A stretch of DNA of 64,000 nucleotides from Thalia democratica (GCA_965202585.1 OZ241829.1:4960001-5024000), one strand, 5' to 3'. Positions 1 to 16,400 are shown, numbered from the stretch's first letter. Numbers and translations are program-made. Notes: generated by a model from the sequence alone, not told the origin.

Positions 1-1451
1 GCTCATGCTGTTCACATGACAAACCAAGCTTCAAACCTTGTTTACAAATCCGATTACAAGAAAGACGTTTTGGGTAAATCAACTAACGATCCAGCAATTG
101 CTTATCCTGAACATGATCGCTTGAAGAAGATCCATGATGCAACGAACAAGGCAGCTTATCAAAAAGATAGCAGAGATCAAAACAAGCACAATGTATATCC
201 AGTTGATGCAATGGAGTTCAAGAGAGCTACTACATCTGCTAAGAATGCTAGTGATGTACGTTTATTTTGGAATCCATTGAAAGTTGTGTGTTACTTAAAC
301 TGTTCAAAAGGCTAAAAACTTTTACTATAACCATGAAATACAACTTTATTTAACTAGTTTGATAAAAAAGACTTATTGTTAAACATGTGTTAATATAAAA
401 AGTAAAGCTATTTATTAAAACTTGAAAAAATTTACTATTTTTTAATCAGATTTCGGTGTTAGATCTTTAAATTTAATAATAAATGCTCTGTAAACAATTC
501 AAAGACTTTAAATGAAGTTTATATCTTTCAATAAACAAAAAAAAATCTTACAGAAACTGTACAAAAAACAATTGCGTGATGTGATAGACACTTACCATGG
601 ATATCAAACTATGGATTCCAGAGTTCATCCTGATGTTGTAAGAGGTCAAAAAGCTCACAATCTGATAAGTGATGTTAGTGAAAATTGTGCTTAATTAAAA
701 AAAATAACTAATTTAACTAATATTATATAAAATCATAGATTGTATACAACGAAGACTACAGGAACTCCAGAGAAGTTGTTATTTTTCCCTACACTCTCAC
801 TGATCATTACGACATTACTCAGGCGATGCATAAGCTTAAAGTAAGTTATACCTACTCTTATATCTTAAAAGTAGGTCTATTAACCATTAATCATAACTCT
901 ATTCCAGTACGATTACGTCAAGGATCATGAAAAGACGAAAGATCTCAATCATTATGACATCACTGATACTCCTGTGTATGAGCAAATTAAAGATCACAAC
1001 TTGCAAAACAATGATGTAAATTATATGCAAAAATTTAAATAAAAATTTCACATATCAGTAGTAAAATGTTTTTACTCAACAAGCGTATATAAATATTTGT
1101 TTTACAAAATATTTGTAACACTTAATTCGTAAAAGATAAAAGTAAGCTTGTTTTTTAAAAACTTATGACAAATTTAAACTAATTGTGTTTTCTTGCTAAA
1201 TTATCTTTCCTAAGTCGTTAAATTGAAACAAAGTTTAATATCTAATTTAGAACTTGAAGACTTGAAAACTAGTATATTTAATTTAATTCAGGTCCACTAC
1301 AAACAAGATTTCGAGAACAATAAAGGCAAGATGTTGGGCACTGACGTCACGATGGACATGGCGAGAGCTAAAGAGCTTGAACCAATCAGAAACAAGCAAT
1401 TGTACGAAGCTGCGGCGAAAGCTGAACTTCCTCACACGAATGTTGATGCAG
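1..1451 (+). CDS. Nebulin-like super-repeat 1 (first exon truncated by window edge)
   Basis: Exons 1-255, 554-673, 739-840, 908-1015, 1292-1451; all AG/GT bounded and in frame. Confidence 0.9.
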
Positions 1452-4400
1452 GTTTGTTTATTTGATGAGATTTTGAGAAAATCATTGTACTTAACTGTTT
1501 CATACATTGAGTTCTACAAATATCTCAAAGTACTCGGTTTACTAAGCCTAAATAAAATAAATTAACGTAAAAAAAATTAACGTCAACATTTTATTTCTAA
1601 CAAAGAAGAAGTTTACTCCGTTTGAAAGTTTAATAACCTATTAAAACTTTTACAGAATCTAAACTTGGCTACTTAAGCAAAGATTAAAATGTCTTTTCAC
1701 AGATGGCCAGCAAATAGCTCACGCTATGCACATGACAAACCAAGCTTCAGATCTTGTGTACACAGCTGATTACAAGAAAGATGTTTTGGGTAAATCAACA
1801 AATGATCCAGCAATTGCGTATCCTGAACATGACCGCTTGAAGAAGATCCATGATGACACTAACAAGGCGGCTTATCAAAAAGACAGCAAAGATCAAAATA
1901 AACACAATGTTTATCCAGTTGATGCAATGGAATTTAAAAGAGCTACTGAAGCTGCTAAGAATGCTAGTGATGTAAGTTTTATGTGTTTTTAATTTAACTA
2001 ATTGCACCAAAATTAATTAAATCTTAATTTGTACTTTGCTTTATTTAATGCTTATGACGCATTTTTAAGTATCTTCCATTTATAAAATACATTGTTAAAT
2101 TAAGTTTACAGACAACTTAAAGAACACTAAATATTAACAAACAATTTCTTTATATCTTAAACATCTTTACAGAAACTTTACACAAAGCAAAGAGATGAAG
2201 TCATTGCAAACTACCACGGATACCAGACTCTGGATTCAAGAGTCCACCCCGAAGTTGTGCGCGGTCAGAAAGCTCATGAGCTCATAAGCGATGTTAGTTT
2301 GGATAATTTTAAGACTATCTGGGTGAACTTTTTTAAAAGTTAATGCTTTGCTTTCAATAAACTTTGTAAATGTTCGAATTAAGTTGTGTTAGATAATTTT
2401 TAATACTATCTGTGAAATTAGTTTGTTTTATATCATTTACTTGTAAAATCTGAAAATTAATTTTATCTTTTATTTTATTTTTTAATTAAAGTATTTTAAG
2501 TACCTGATACACCATAAATCTTTCTAAAAAACATAAATTAAGTTTTCTTTTATTATCCAAGTAATTTTAACAGGCATTGTACAAACAAGACTGGGAGGAT
2601 GATAAATCAATGATTTGTTTCCCCTACACAATAACCGATCATTACGATAAAACCCAGGACATGCAAAAACTTAAGGTTAGTTGAAACTACGTTTTTTATT
2701 TGAGCTTTGTTGATTAAACAGACAATTAAAATAAGTTGTGCATTCTTTGAAATTTGGTGGATTAATATGAACAGGTTAAAATAATTTTTTTGCACTGAAT
2801 TCGTCTTCTTAAATCAATAAATTATAAAACATGCTTTTTTGTTTTCAAACTCCAATAAAAGTACAACAAAAAACTTGTATTGACATTAAATTTCTTAAAA
2901 ATTTACAGCTACGCAACAACAATTTATAAAAGCTAAATTATTCTAGAAATTTGATTAATAAAAAAATAGCTAAAAATTCATATTAACAGAATGATTTTTT
3001 TTAATGCTTGTCTACATTAAAATAAACAAATATATTTCAGTATGATTATGTGCACGACCATGAAAAGAGCAAGGCAAAGAACCACTTTGATGTTACAGAC
3101 ACTCCGGTTTATTCTCAGATAAAAGATCACACACAACAAACTAATGATGTGAGTACTTTTTGTATTCAGTTTACTCATAGTTACCACTACATACACAATA
3201 TTTCTTTTTATTAAATTAAGATAAAAATATTATTGTTAATTGAAAATGTAAACTAAAAATACCTATCATTTTAGCAAAATAAAAATAAGTTGAACGCAAT
3301 ACAAAAACAAGACTTAAGCTAGAGTCAAACACTATTTTATAAAAGTAAACTAATTATAAAACATAATAAATAAAATAGATTTTAATACTTCATAGGTAAA
3401 CTACAAGCAAGATTTTGAGAATAACAAGGGACAAATGCTTGGTACTGATAAAACGATGGACATGAAACTGGCCAAAGATCTTAAACCAATCAAAAACAAG
3501 CAAATTTATGAGGCTGATGCAAAAGCTAATCTTGTATCAACCCATGTTGATGCTGGTAAGCATTTTTAGTGTTAATCACATTAAGTTAAACTTAAAAAAC
3601 ATCATAGCTTTAGTATTAAAATTAATAGACCAAAACATTTACTTACAACATTAATAACAAAAATAGATTCACATGAACTTTATTTTTTATCAAATCTAGT
3701 AAATTTGTTTTCTGTTAGAGCTTTATCCTACTTATACACTAATACAACTTAAAATTTTACAGAGGGTCAGCAAATATCTCATGCTATGCACATGACAAAC
3801 CAAGCTTCAGATCTTGTATACACAGCTGATTACAAGAAAGATGTTTTGGGTAAATCAACAAATGATCCAGCAATTGCTTATCCTGAACATGACCGCTTGA
3901 AGAAGATCCATGATGTCACTAACAAGGCAGCTTACCAAAAAGATAGCAAAGATCAAAATAAACACAATGTTTATCCAGTTGATGCAATGGAATTCAAAAG
4001 AGCTACTGAAGCGGCTAAGAATGCTAGTGATGTTAGTTTGATTAATCTTATTTTAATGCAATAAAAAGAAAATCTTAATAAAAAAATTGTAGTTGTGGAA
4101 CTGATCTATGTACCTTTGATTAAAAAAAGCGTTTTTGATATATCTAAAGAAAAAGTTTAAAAATCTATAACTAGGAAAAACTTAATTAGTTTAGTTTATT
4201 GAACACAATTAAAAATAAATTTCAACTACTTTAATCGAATGACCTGGCGTATAGAAAGGCCTTTCGGCCATCAAGCTACAAATGAGTTAAAAACATTTCT
4301 TTGTATCTTATTTTTCTTTACAGAAACTCTACACAAAGCAAAGAGATGAAGTCATTGGAAACTACCACGGATATCAAACTCTGGATTCCAGAGTTCACCC

Positions 4401-7400
4401 GGAAGTAGTCCGCGGTCAGAAAGCTCACGAGCTCATAAGCGATGTTAGTTTTAAGTATTTAAATCTACAAAAAGGAAGCGAAACTATACGAATTGGTATA
4501 TATTAAAATAAGTTAAATTTACTTTTAAAAAAACAAATCATAATAAATAAAACTAAACACTTTTTCTGAGATAAGTTTCGTTTCTTACACCTTACAGACG
4601 ATATTTTAGGATATTTTAACATTCACAATATAAGATAAAATACAAACAATTCAAATAAGTTAACCAAAACAACAATAAACTTAATATAGGCATTAAATTT
4701 ATCTCAAAAAGATTTTAATACAATTTTTTTATTTGTACACAGGCATTGTACAAACAAGACTGGGAGGATGATAAATCAATGATTTGTTTCCCCTATACAA
4801 TAACCGATCATTACGATAAAACCCAGGACATGCAAAAACTTAAGGTAGGTTGAAACTATTTTTTTTTTATATCTGAGCTTTGTTGATAAATTACAGAAAA
4901 AACGCTTTTTTTGAATTCAAATAGATGAAAGTTAAATAATAGAGTTTATATTCCTAAAATTCGTCTTAGAATTAAACAACTATGTATTTACAACGTTAAA
5001 AATAAACTGCTAGTAGTTCATACCTTACAAGGTGTAATGAATTTATTTTTAAATATAGTGCCATTCTAAATAAAAAAATATATTTCAGTATGATTATGTG
5101 CACGACCATGAAAAGAGCAAGGCAAAGAACCACTTTGATGTTACAGACACTCCAGTTTATTCTCAGATAAAAGATCACACACAACAAACTAATGATGTGA
5201 GTTTTTTATATGTAGTTTAGTTTTGGTATTTTACTACACAGTTTTTCTTTACTAGTAACAAATTAGAAAGAAAATCGAAAAAGTTTAATGGAATGTACTT
5301 GTTTAGAATAAACCTTACAAAATTTATTTTAAATTCAAAAATAAACTGGATGTATATCAATGTTAGAACAGGTATCCAGAACTTAAAATAAATTAATTAA
5401 GAGTCTAATTTAATTCTACCACTTGAAAATAAATTTACTTAAAATACTTCATAGGTGAACTACAAGCAAGAATTTGAGAACAACAAGGGACAAATGCTTG
5501 GTACCGATGAGACCATGGACATGAAACTGGCTAAAGATCTTAAACCAATCAAAAACAAGCAAATTTATGAGGCTGATGCAAAAGCTAATCTTGTATCAAC
5601 CCATGTTGATGCTGGTAAGCATTTTTAGTATTAACCACATTAACTTTAACGTAAAAAACATCATAGCTTTAGTATTAAAATTTAATAGGCAAAAAAATTT
5701 ACTTACAAGATTAATAACAAAAATAAATTCCTATGAACTTTGTTTTTTGTCAGATTTAGTAAATTTGTTTATTATTAGAGCTGTATCCTACTTATACACT
5801 TAAACAACTTAAAATTTTACAGATGGCCAGCAAATAGCTCACGCTATGCATATGACAAACCAAGCTTCAGATCTTGTATACACAGCTGATTACAAGAAAG
5901 ATGTTTTGGGTAAATCAACAAACGATCCAGCAATTGCTTATCCTGAACATGATCGCTTGAAGAAGATTCATAAGGACACTAACAAGGCAGCTTACCAAAA
6001 AGATAGCAAAGATCAGAATAAACACAATGTTTATCCAGTTGATGCAATGGAATTCAAGAGAGCTACTGAAGCTGCTAAGAATGCTAGTGATGTTAGTTTC
6101 TAAGTGTGTACAAAACTTAAAAATAAACAAAGATTCATTGTTATAAATCTAAACATGTATTCATAATATTTTATCATGTCTTACACTTATTTTTTTCGAT
6201 ACAACCAAAATTTTGTGTTTTTATTAGAAACTGTACAAAAAACAATTGCGTGATGTGATAGATACCTACCATGGATATCAAAATATGGATTCAAGAGTTC
6301 ATCCAGATGTTGTAAGAGGTATAAATGCCCATAACCTTATCAGTGATGTGAGTTTGATTTATAATAGGCTTAGGAAATGCTTATAGCTTGGCTATTTAAA
6401 CCTTTAAATATGCAGATTGTGTACAAAGAAGACTATAATAATTCAAGAGAAGTTGTGGTCTTCCCATACACTTTGACTGATCATTATGACATCACACAAG
6501 CTATGCAGAAACTTAAGGTACTGTTGTTCGGTAGTTGGTTTACAAGTTTTGATTAACAGATCATTGTTAAAATTAAAGTATTGTTTATATTCAAGTTTAC
6601 GGAAGTTAAGTAAAACGAAAAATGTAACAAAACTATTAAGACTATTCGAAAACATCATGAACAATAAAAAAAATTAAGTTAAGTAAAATGTTAATTTTGA
6701 ATTAATTAAAAGTAATTTTGGAAATTTACTTTCATATACGTTTAGTAAATTCTAATCTTACTTTTAGTACGACTATGTGTATGATCATGAGAAGAACAAA
6801 GCAAAGAATCGTTTTGATGTTACGGATACTCCTGTTTACTCTCAAATTAAAGATCATAACAAGCAAACTAATGATGTGAGTTTTTATTTATTTTTATCAA
6901 AAAGTGATTTTTTTTAAAAACCATAAAATATAGATCAAATACAAAGAAGACTTTGAGAATAATAGGGGTCAAATGATTGGCGCAACTGTTACCATGGATA
7001 TGGAAAGAGCAAAGGAGCTTGAACCAATCAAAAAGCAGAAATATGAGGCTGATGCTAAAGCTGCACTTGTTCATACTAAAGTTAAAGCAGGTAAAAAATT
7101 AAGAGTTCTAAGCAATATTTAAACTAACTTTTTCTTTGAACATATATAAACTTTATAATACCAACCTTTATATAAATATATAATTTATTTTATGTAAGTC
7201 CAATTATTGAAAACATATGTAAAACATTTTATAAGCCTGAACAAGCAAACTATAATTAAAAACTTTATACCCTATTAACTATTTATATATTAGATGATAG
7301 CAGTCGGAGGGACTTTGGTCTAATAAGACACAATTATATGCAACTTAATGCGTTTGAAAAACCTTTTCTTTTGTTATGTGAATATAACATAGGAAAGGTT

Positions 7401-10400
7401 AAAAAAAAGCAATAATTTTTTAAAATAAAAACTAATTGTTTATATAACATACTACTTTGTCTTGCGTTTTTCAATAATTACTTCGGAAACAATTTACTTT
7501 TGTACATTTTAAACTCATTTGTACTGTAGACCAGAAGCTACGTATGATGACGTAAAATGGGGTGCAGTAGATTTCAAACTTCTTAAAATGTTATTGTATT
7601 TTGTACATGTAATATCTTTGACTTTTACAGACGGTCAGCAAATAGCACATCCATTGAAGATGACAAACCAAGCTTCAGATCTTGTATATACAGCCGATTA
7701 CAAGAAAGATGTTTTGGGTAAATCAACAAATGATCCAGCAATTGCTTATCCTGAACATGATCGCTTGAAGAAGATCCATGATGTCACTAACAAGGCAGCT
7801 TATCAAAAAGACAGCAAAGCTCAAAATAAACACAATGTTTATCCAGTTGATGCAATTGAATTCAAGAGAGCTACTGAAGCTGCTAAGAATGCTAGTGATG
7901 TTAGTTTTTCAGTGTATGTATATATGAGAGTTAACCTTAAAACAGGTATCCAATGAAATTAAACATGTGCTTAAATTACATTTCAATACATCTTACACTA
8001 AAGACTTCCATTAAGACATATGTTTTTATTAGAAACTGTATACTAAGCAAATGCGAGATGTCATTGATACTTACCATGGATATCAAAATATGGACTCAAG
8101 AGTTCATCCAGATGTTGTAAGAGGTATAAATGCCCATAACCTTATCAGTGATGTGAGTTTAATTTATAATAGGCTTAGGAAGTGCTTATAGTTTGGCTAT
8201 TTAAACCTTTCAATATGCAGATTGTGTACAAAGAGGATTATAACAACTCAAGAGAAGTTGTTGTCTTCCCATACACTTTAACTGATCATTATGACATCAC
8301 ACAAGCCATGCAGAAACTCAAGGTAAATTTATTAAATAATATATATTAACTTATTAAAGCTTTCTTAAAATTAACTTTTGCTAGTAAAGTAATACAAAAC
8401 GATTGTATTAAAACTTCAACTTAAACAAAGTTTGAACAACATTGAACATACTAGAACTAATATTTACTTAATTTATAAAACTATATTTTGAAATAAAACT
8501 TGCACCATGAGTCTTAACTTTATTTATATTTGTATGAGCAAAGTAACAAAAAACAGAAACATCAATTAAATATAATCTGCAATAATCTTAGTAAATTAAT
8601 ACACTGTCATAATTCTAATCCTACTATTTAGTACGACTATGTGTATGACCATGAGAAGAACAAAGCAAAGAATCGTTTTGATGTTACGGATACTCCTGTT
8701 TACTCTCAGATTAAAGATCATGACAAACAAACTAATGATGTGAGTTTTTAATTTTGTTTATTATTAAAAAGAAAAACTCTTAACAAAACAATAAAATATA
8801 GATCAAATACAAAGAAGACTTTGAGAATAATAAGGGTCAAATGATTGGAGCAACTGTTACCATGGATATGGAAAGAGCAAAGGAACTTGAGCCAATCAAA
8901 AAGCAGAAATATGAGGCTGATGCTAAAGCTGCACTTGCTCATACTAAAGTTAAAGCAGGTAAAACTCTAAGATTTTCAAGCAGAAAGTAGATAAAAACAA
9001 ATATTCTAATTTCATTTAAAAAGCTGGTATGCGTTATAAACTCCTTATAAACTTACTTATTAGGTAATCAATTTATGTCCATAAACTTAAATACTAACAT
9101 TAAATGCAGTATAAACTTTAATACGCATAATCTTTTTGATTAGTTTTACTTGATTGACTAGTTTTATTTTAGTTGTAAAAAGTAGGAGGTATTTTCCTTT
9201 TATATTTTGATAGTACTTCATACAATTTGATGTATGTAAAATGTTATCTTTTTTTTTTGCATTCAACATAGGAACGCTTTAAAATGAGCACTAACTTTGC
9301 AAAAATAAAATAAAATTTCCTCAACACATATTAACTTAACCAGTTTCATAAAACTAAAAATTTTAAACAGCTTAAACACTTTTTGAACAAAAGCTAAAGT
9401 CTTATTTACTTAACAGTCAATAATCTGTAATGTTAGCATACTATAATTTGCAATAATACTTAATTGTAACTTTGTATATGTTAGTTTTATTAACTCTAAA
9501 GATTTTGGTTTATGTTCTTAAATTTCGCAGACGGTCAGCAAATAGCACATCCATTGAAGATGACAAACCAAGCTTCAGATCTTGTATACACAGCTGATTA
9601 CAAGAAAGATGTTTTGGGTAAATCAACAAATGATCCAGCAATTGCTTATCCTGAACATGATCGCTTGAAGAAGATCCATGATGTCACTAACAAGGCAGCT
9701 TATCAAAAAGATAGCAAAGTTATGAACAAAAAAAATGTTTATCCTGTTGATGCAATGGAATTTAAGAGAGCTACTGAAGCTGCTAAGAATGCTAGCGATG
9801 TTAGTTTTGCTATAGAGTAAAATGAATTATAAAATTTCTAACTTTAATGTCAAGTTTACTTTTAACAAAACTGCTAAAAGAGTTTTAAAACCTAAAAAGT
9901 TTAAGAATGAAAATAAGTAGATTTGTTTAAGTTATAAAAAACACATTCAAGATTAATTCTCAAAGATAATAAATCTTACAAAACTTTCTTTAGAAACTGT
10001 ATACTAAGCAAATGCGAGATGTTATTGATACTTACCATGGATATCAAAATATGGACTCAAGAGTTCATCCTGATGTTGTGAGAGGTATAAATGCCCATAA
10101 CCTTATCAGTGATGTGAGTTTAATATCTAAAGTAATAAACGATGTACTGACAGTTGTTATTAAGATAATTTAAATGTAGATTGTGTACAAAGAAGACTAC
10201 AACAATTCAAGAGAAGTTGTTGTCTTTCCATACACTTTGACCGACCATTATGATATCACACAAGCTATGCAGAAACTTAAGGTGAAATTATGTTATATCA
10301 TTAGTTAGGAATACGAACTTATAATGAACATAGGCAACAATTGATTTCTAAAATTGTCTTTAAAAATTTATGCAATACATTTTAAAACTTATCAAAAACA

Positions 10401-13400
10401 AGAGTTTCTTAAAACTATTAATTTTTGAAAAATTCATAGGCTTAAATAGTTTAAAAGTTTTTGTAGATAGTAGTATAACTTTACACAGTTAGAATAATGT
10501 GTAATAAAAAATATATTGTGATGATTAGACTAAGTAATTAATTCACATCCGATTCATTATTTTATTTTTAAGTTATGGTAAACAAACTGTAAGCATCAAT
10601 CTAAAACGTTGTTATTTACATTTTAGATTAAAGTTTGACAAATTCAGCTTATTTTATATAATTATTTAAGTACGACTATGTGTATGACCATGAGAAGAAC
10701 AAAGCAAAGAATCGTTTTGATGTTACGGATACTCCTGTTTACTCTCAGATTAAAGATCATGACAAACAAACTAATGATGTGAGTATTTAATTTTGCTTAT
10801 TATCAAAAAGAAAAACTCTTAACAAAACAATAAAATATAGATCAAATACAAAGAAGACTTTGAGAATAATAAGGGTCAAATGATTGGAGCAACTGTTACC
10901 ATGGATATGGAAAGAGCAAAGGAACTTGAGCCAATCAAAAAGCAGAAATATGAGGCTGATGCTAAAGCTGCACTTGCTCATACTAAAGTTAAAGCAGGTA
11001 AAAAACTAAGAGTTCTAAGCAATAAATAAAATTAACTTTTTCTTTGCACTTTAAAAACTTTTTTCCAGATTACTTATAATACCAACCTTTATATAAATAT
11101 ATAATTCATTTTATGTAATTCTAATTATTGAAAACATATGTAAAACATTTTATAAGCCTGAAGAAGCCAATTGTAATTAATAACTTTATACCCTATTAAC
11201 TGTTTATATATTAGATGCTAGCAGTCTTGCTTATACTAAAGTTAATGGAAATATACATAAACTAGTTCAAACAGCCGTAAACTACTTCATCTTTTTTAAA
11301 CTTTCATTGGTCCTCTGAATTATCTGTTAAACTTTTTATACAAGATTGTAGAATTATTTATCCCAAACAAATTTTAGTAACCAATTTTCTTTCGCAGACG
11401 GTCAGCAAATAGCACATCCATTGAAGATGACAAACCAAGCTTCAGATCTTGTATACACAGCTGATTACAAGAAAGATGTTTTGGGTAAATCAACAAACGA
11501 TCCAGCAATTGCTTATCCTGAACATGATCGCTTGAAAAAGATCCATGATGACACAAACAAGGCAGCTTATCAGAAAGATAGTAAAGCCATGAATAAAAAG
11601 AATGTTTATCCAGTTGATGCAATGGAGTTTAAGAGAGCTACTGAAGCTGCTAAGAACGCCAGTGATGTAAGTTTAGAAAATTCTTAAAAATGAGTTGATT
11701 TTAGTTTTATGTACAAGCTTTAGTGTAAAACAAATCAATTGAAAGTTAGAACATAACTAAAAACAAAAAAATACATAACTTAATAGTTGTAATATCAAGA
11801 CTTTAGGAGATTAAAAGACTAAAAATATTCAGAAACTGTACACCAAGCAAATGCGTGAGGTAATTGACAACTACAGAGGTTACCAAACGATGGATTCCAG
11901 AGTTCATCCAGATGTGGTTAGAGGTCAAAAAGCTAGTGACTTGATCAGTGATGTAAGTGTATTTTTACTTTCTACTTTTATATTTTTGTTGGACTAAATT
12001 AAAATTTAAAATAAATGTTTCAGATTGTTTACATGGAAGATTACAGAAATTCAAGAGAAGTTGTTGTCTTCCCATACACTTTGACTGATCATTATGACAT
12101 CACACAAGCTATGCAGAAACTCAAGGTTAGTTTAAACATTTTGCAAGACTCAAGCCATAAAAATAAAGTACTTTAATTATAAAATTTGTACTTTAACATA
12201 CATTAACCAAGATAAATCTTTCTCTGAGTAGTTTGTTTTTAAACAATGTATTAATAAAAACTGATTATCATTATGTAGAGCGCTTTAAGACAAATTAAAG
12301 CTTGAAAACATTAAGAAGTTATGTATGATTTTATAAGTTTACAGTTTTCTAAACAAAAATAAATGGTCTAAATGTACTAGCTTGCATAAAAATAAATTGA
12401 ACGTTTGCAGCTGTGATCTATTATTTATTTAAGTTTAAATAACAAAATACAACTTAATTAAAACAGTTTAAATTATTTAAAAATTAAACTAATAGCTTAC
12501 CTTTAGTTTTCAGTTACAAAAGATCAACATTAGTTTGTTTGCCTGTCATCAAATGTAAGTAATACTGAAATTTCAAAAGTACCACAACTGAGCTTTACTA
12601 ATTATTACGTCACTATTCTAATGACTGAGTAGAAAATATTAATTTTTACTAGAACTCTTGCTAAACTCATTTAAAAGCTTAGATCATTAAAACGTTGCAA
12701 TACAATTAAATTGTGGTTTGTAATAAAAACCGGGTAATAAAATTTTGATATAGTATTTAGTTACAATTAATAAACAAGTATTTTATTCAACTACACAAGG
12801 TTATAATTTGCTTAAAGACAGCTGAAATATTTACGATGAAAATTAAAAAGTTTCGTTTGTTAACCATTGATAAGTGTTTTAAACTAAAAGAATTAAGTAT
12901 GTAAGCATTTGAAAAACTTTATATTTTTACATTAAGGAAAAAAAGTACATAAACGTTTTAATTATGTCAGTAATGAAGAGTAGACCACGAAATTCCATAA
13001 AATTATATTAAATTTATTAAGTACAACAATCAACATGTATCAACAAAAAGCTATAATCAACTTGTTATTTAAAAATTATCGGTATTTAGATAAAACAAAT
13101 TTTATTAAGATTGGAGACAAACTATAACAGTAGTAATAACACACACTACAATTATATACTCACCATCTAGATTCTTTAATAATAAGTTGCTTAAAATTAA
13201 ACAGCATGATAATTATAATGTCTAAAGTAATGTTGTACTTACAAAAATATTACTTCTAATAATTGTACAACATACAGATTTGTGTGAAATATTGTTAAGT
13301 ATTTAAAAATTTGAAACTTCTATGTAATCATTTTCTGCATTAACAAATTAGTAACGAATAAAAAACTGAGTATTCTAGTTCTATTAATTTTTTATTTAAG

Positions 13401-16400
13401 TTAAGTGATTGGTTTTATTTTGAATATCATAATTTTTTTTAGTACGACTATGTGTATGATCATGAGAAGAACAAAGCAAAGAATCGTTTTGATGTTACGG
13501 ATACTCCACTTTACTCTCAGATTAAAGATCACGACAAACAAACTAATGATGTGAGTTTTTAATTCATTGTTATCAAAAAGAAAAACTTTTAACCAAAACA
13601 TAAAATATAGATCAAATACAAAGAAGACTTTGAGAACAATAGGGGTCAAATGATTGGAGCAACTGTTACCATGGATATGGAAAGAGCAAAGGAGCTTGAG
13701 CCAATCAAAAAGCAGAAGTATGAGGCTGATGCTAAGGCTGCACTTGCTCATACTAAAGTTAAAGCAGGTAGACAAATAATACATAAACCAGTTTAAACAG
13801 CAATAAACTTTTTTAAGTTAATTTAACTTGTTTAGTGGCTTCTTAATATTTGCTAAAGTTTTAATAAGTCCTTGTCAAGTTACTTATCACAAACAAATAT
13901 AAACAAACAACTGTTTTTCGCAGACGGTCAGCAAATAGCACATCCATTGAAAATGACAAACCAAGCTTCAGATCTTGTATACACAGCTGATTACAAGAAA
14001 GATGTTTTGGGTAAATCAACAAACGATCCAGCAATTGCTTATCCTGAACATGATCGCTTGAAGAAGATCCATGATGACACTAACAAGGCAGCTTATCAAA
14101 AAGATAGCAAAGCCATGAATAAAAAGAATGTATATCCCGTTGATGCAATGGAATTCAAGAGAGCTACTGAAGCTGCTAAGAATGCTAGCGATGTTAGTTT
14201 TAAAGTTTTATTTCAAATTTTCATAAAAACTACATTATGTAGATACTTTTTTATTTTGTACATATCAAGTTTTTTTAAACAAAGGTTTAGTACATTATCA
14301 AAAATTCCTGTTTAAACATTTATATCACAAATTCATTTATGTTCGGCTCGTTATACTAATTAGAAGTTACCAAAAAATACTAAGTTATATTTTTACAATA
14401 TATGTTATTAACAAGTGTATAAACCACTTATATCCTTGAATTAGTATTTGTTTGTAAAATTATTTATAAAGAAACAATTTCTGAAGTCAACAACTCTAGA
14501 TCTTTTAACTAAAAACAAAAAATAAACTCAATGAAATATATTAGAGTTTAGAGCTGTAATGTACAAAACATTTAACAACCATATTTTTAGAAACTGTATA
14601 CCAAGCAAAGACGTGAGGTAATTGACAGTTACAGAGGATACCAAACAATGGATTCAAGAGTTCATCCAGATGTTGTTAGAGGTCAAAAAGCTAGTGACTT
14701 GATCAGTGATGTAAGTTTAGATCTAGTTTTAAAATGGTAAATGTGACTGGAGCAGCTTTTAACCTGAAACTAATAATAACAGATTGTGTACAAAGAGGAT
14801 TATAACAACTCAAGAGAAGTGGTTGTCTTCCCATACACCTTGACTGATCATTATGACATCACACAAGCTATGCAGAAACTCAAGGTAGTTTAAAATATTT
14901 TAAGGCAGTTTTAAGTACATAAACTTTAATCTACATACCAAAACTAATGAAATTAGAATGGTTATAAACATAACAAAGATATTGTCACTAAAATCTTAAA
15001 GAGTGGTTTAATTGTTAGATTAAAAAATATTTTACTTTACGTTTTACCTTAAATTTTTAACTTTATAATAAGTTATAAATTGTCGTAATCATAAAATTAC
15101 TACGTAATTGCATAAGTTGAACTAAAACATTTTCAGAATAATATTTTAATTTATAAGTATTAATTTATAAGAAACAGCTGTTTAATAAAATATATTTATT
15201 TTTTAGTACGACTATGTTTATGATCATGAGAAGAACAAAGCAAAGAATCGTTTTGATGTTACGGATACTCCAATTTACTCTCAGATTAAAGATCACGACA
15301 AACAAACTAATGATGTGAGTATTTAATTCATTGTTATCAAAAAGAAAAACTTTTAACCAAAACATAAAATATAGATCAAATACAAAGAAGACTTTGAGAA
15401 TAATAGGGGTCAAATGATTGGCACAACTGTTACCATGGATATGGAAAGAGCAAAGGAGCTTGAACCAATCAAAAAGCAGAAATATGAGGCTGATGCTAAG
15501 GCTGCACTTGCTCATACTAAAGTAAAAGCAGGTAAGGAAAAAGTACTAGACTTTACTTGAGAGCCTAAAATAAAAATGAATACAACAAGATATGTTTTTT
15601 TTTGTAATTTGTAATAGATCTTTAATAACTTTTTATAAATTTTAGACAAAACACAATCAAAAAAAAAAATTTACAGACGGTCAGCAAATAGCACATCCAT
15701 TGAAGATGACAAACCAAGCTTCAGATCTTGTGTACACAGCTGATTATAAGAAAGATGTTTTGGGTAAATCAACAAATGATCCAGCAATTGCATATCCTGA
15801 ACATGATCGCTTGAAGAAGATCCATGATGATACTAACAAGGCAGCTTACCAAAAGGATAGCAAGGCAATGAACAAAAAGAACGTTTATCCAGTTGATGCA
15901 ATGGAATTTGTTAGAGCGACAGAAGCTGCTAAGAACGCTAGTGATGTAAGATACTATCAATATTTTTATATTTCTTTTTATTTTATGCTGAATTTCAATT
16001 TTATTTAGAAACGATACACAAAACAACGTGGAGAGGTCATAGCTGCGTATCGTGGATACCAAACTATGGATTCCAGAGTTCATCCAGATGTTATTAGAGG
16101 TCAAAATGCTCATAACCTAATCAGTGATGTGAGTTTAAAGTTTTTAATTAATATATATATCTAATTTTTAAATTCCTTACTATTTAGATCGTTTACATGG
16201 AAGATTATAGAAATTCTAAAGAAGTCGTTGTCTTCCCTTATACATTGACAGATCATTATGATACAACCCAAGCTATGCAGAAACTCAAGGTGAGTTTGTA
16301 AACCTAGCATATAATCTCGACACTATCAATACCTCTATTAACACTATTTTGAATAAGCTGGAAATTAAAACGCGTAGCCTATTTTGTTAGTAACTTAAAG

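Noticed and set aside
4254-4270. GC-rich palindrome GAAAGGCCTTTC / GGCCTTTCGGCC as a Helitron or MITE end
   Set aside because: No CTRR terminus, TIR partner or target-site duplication found; too short to support.
12126-13442. Longest intron (and 18202-19087) as transposon insertions
   Set aside because: No ORF, terminal repeats or poly-A/TSD recognisable by eye; ordinary AT-rich sequence.
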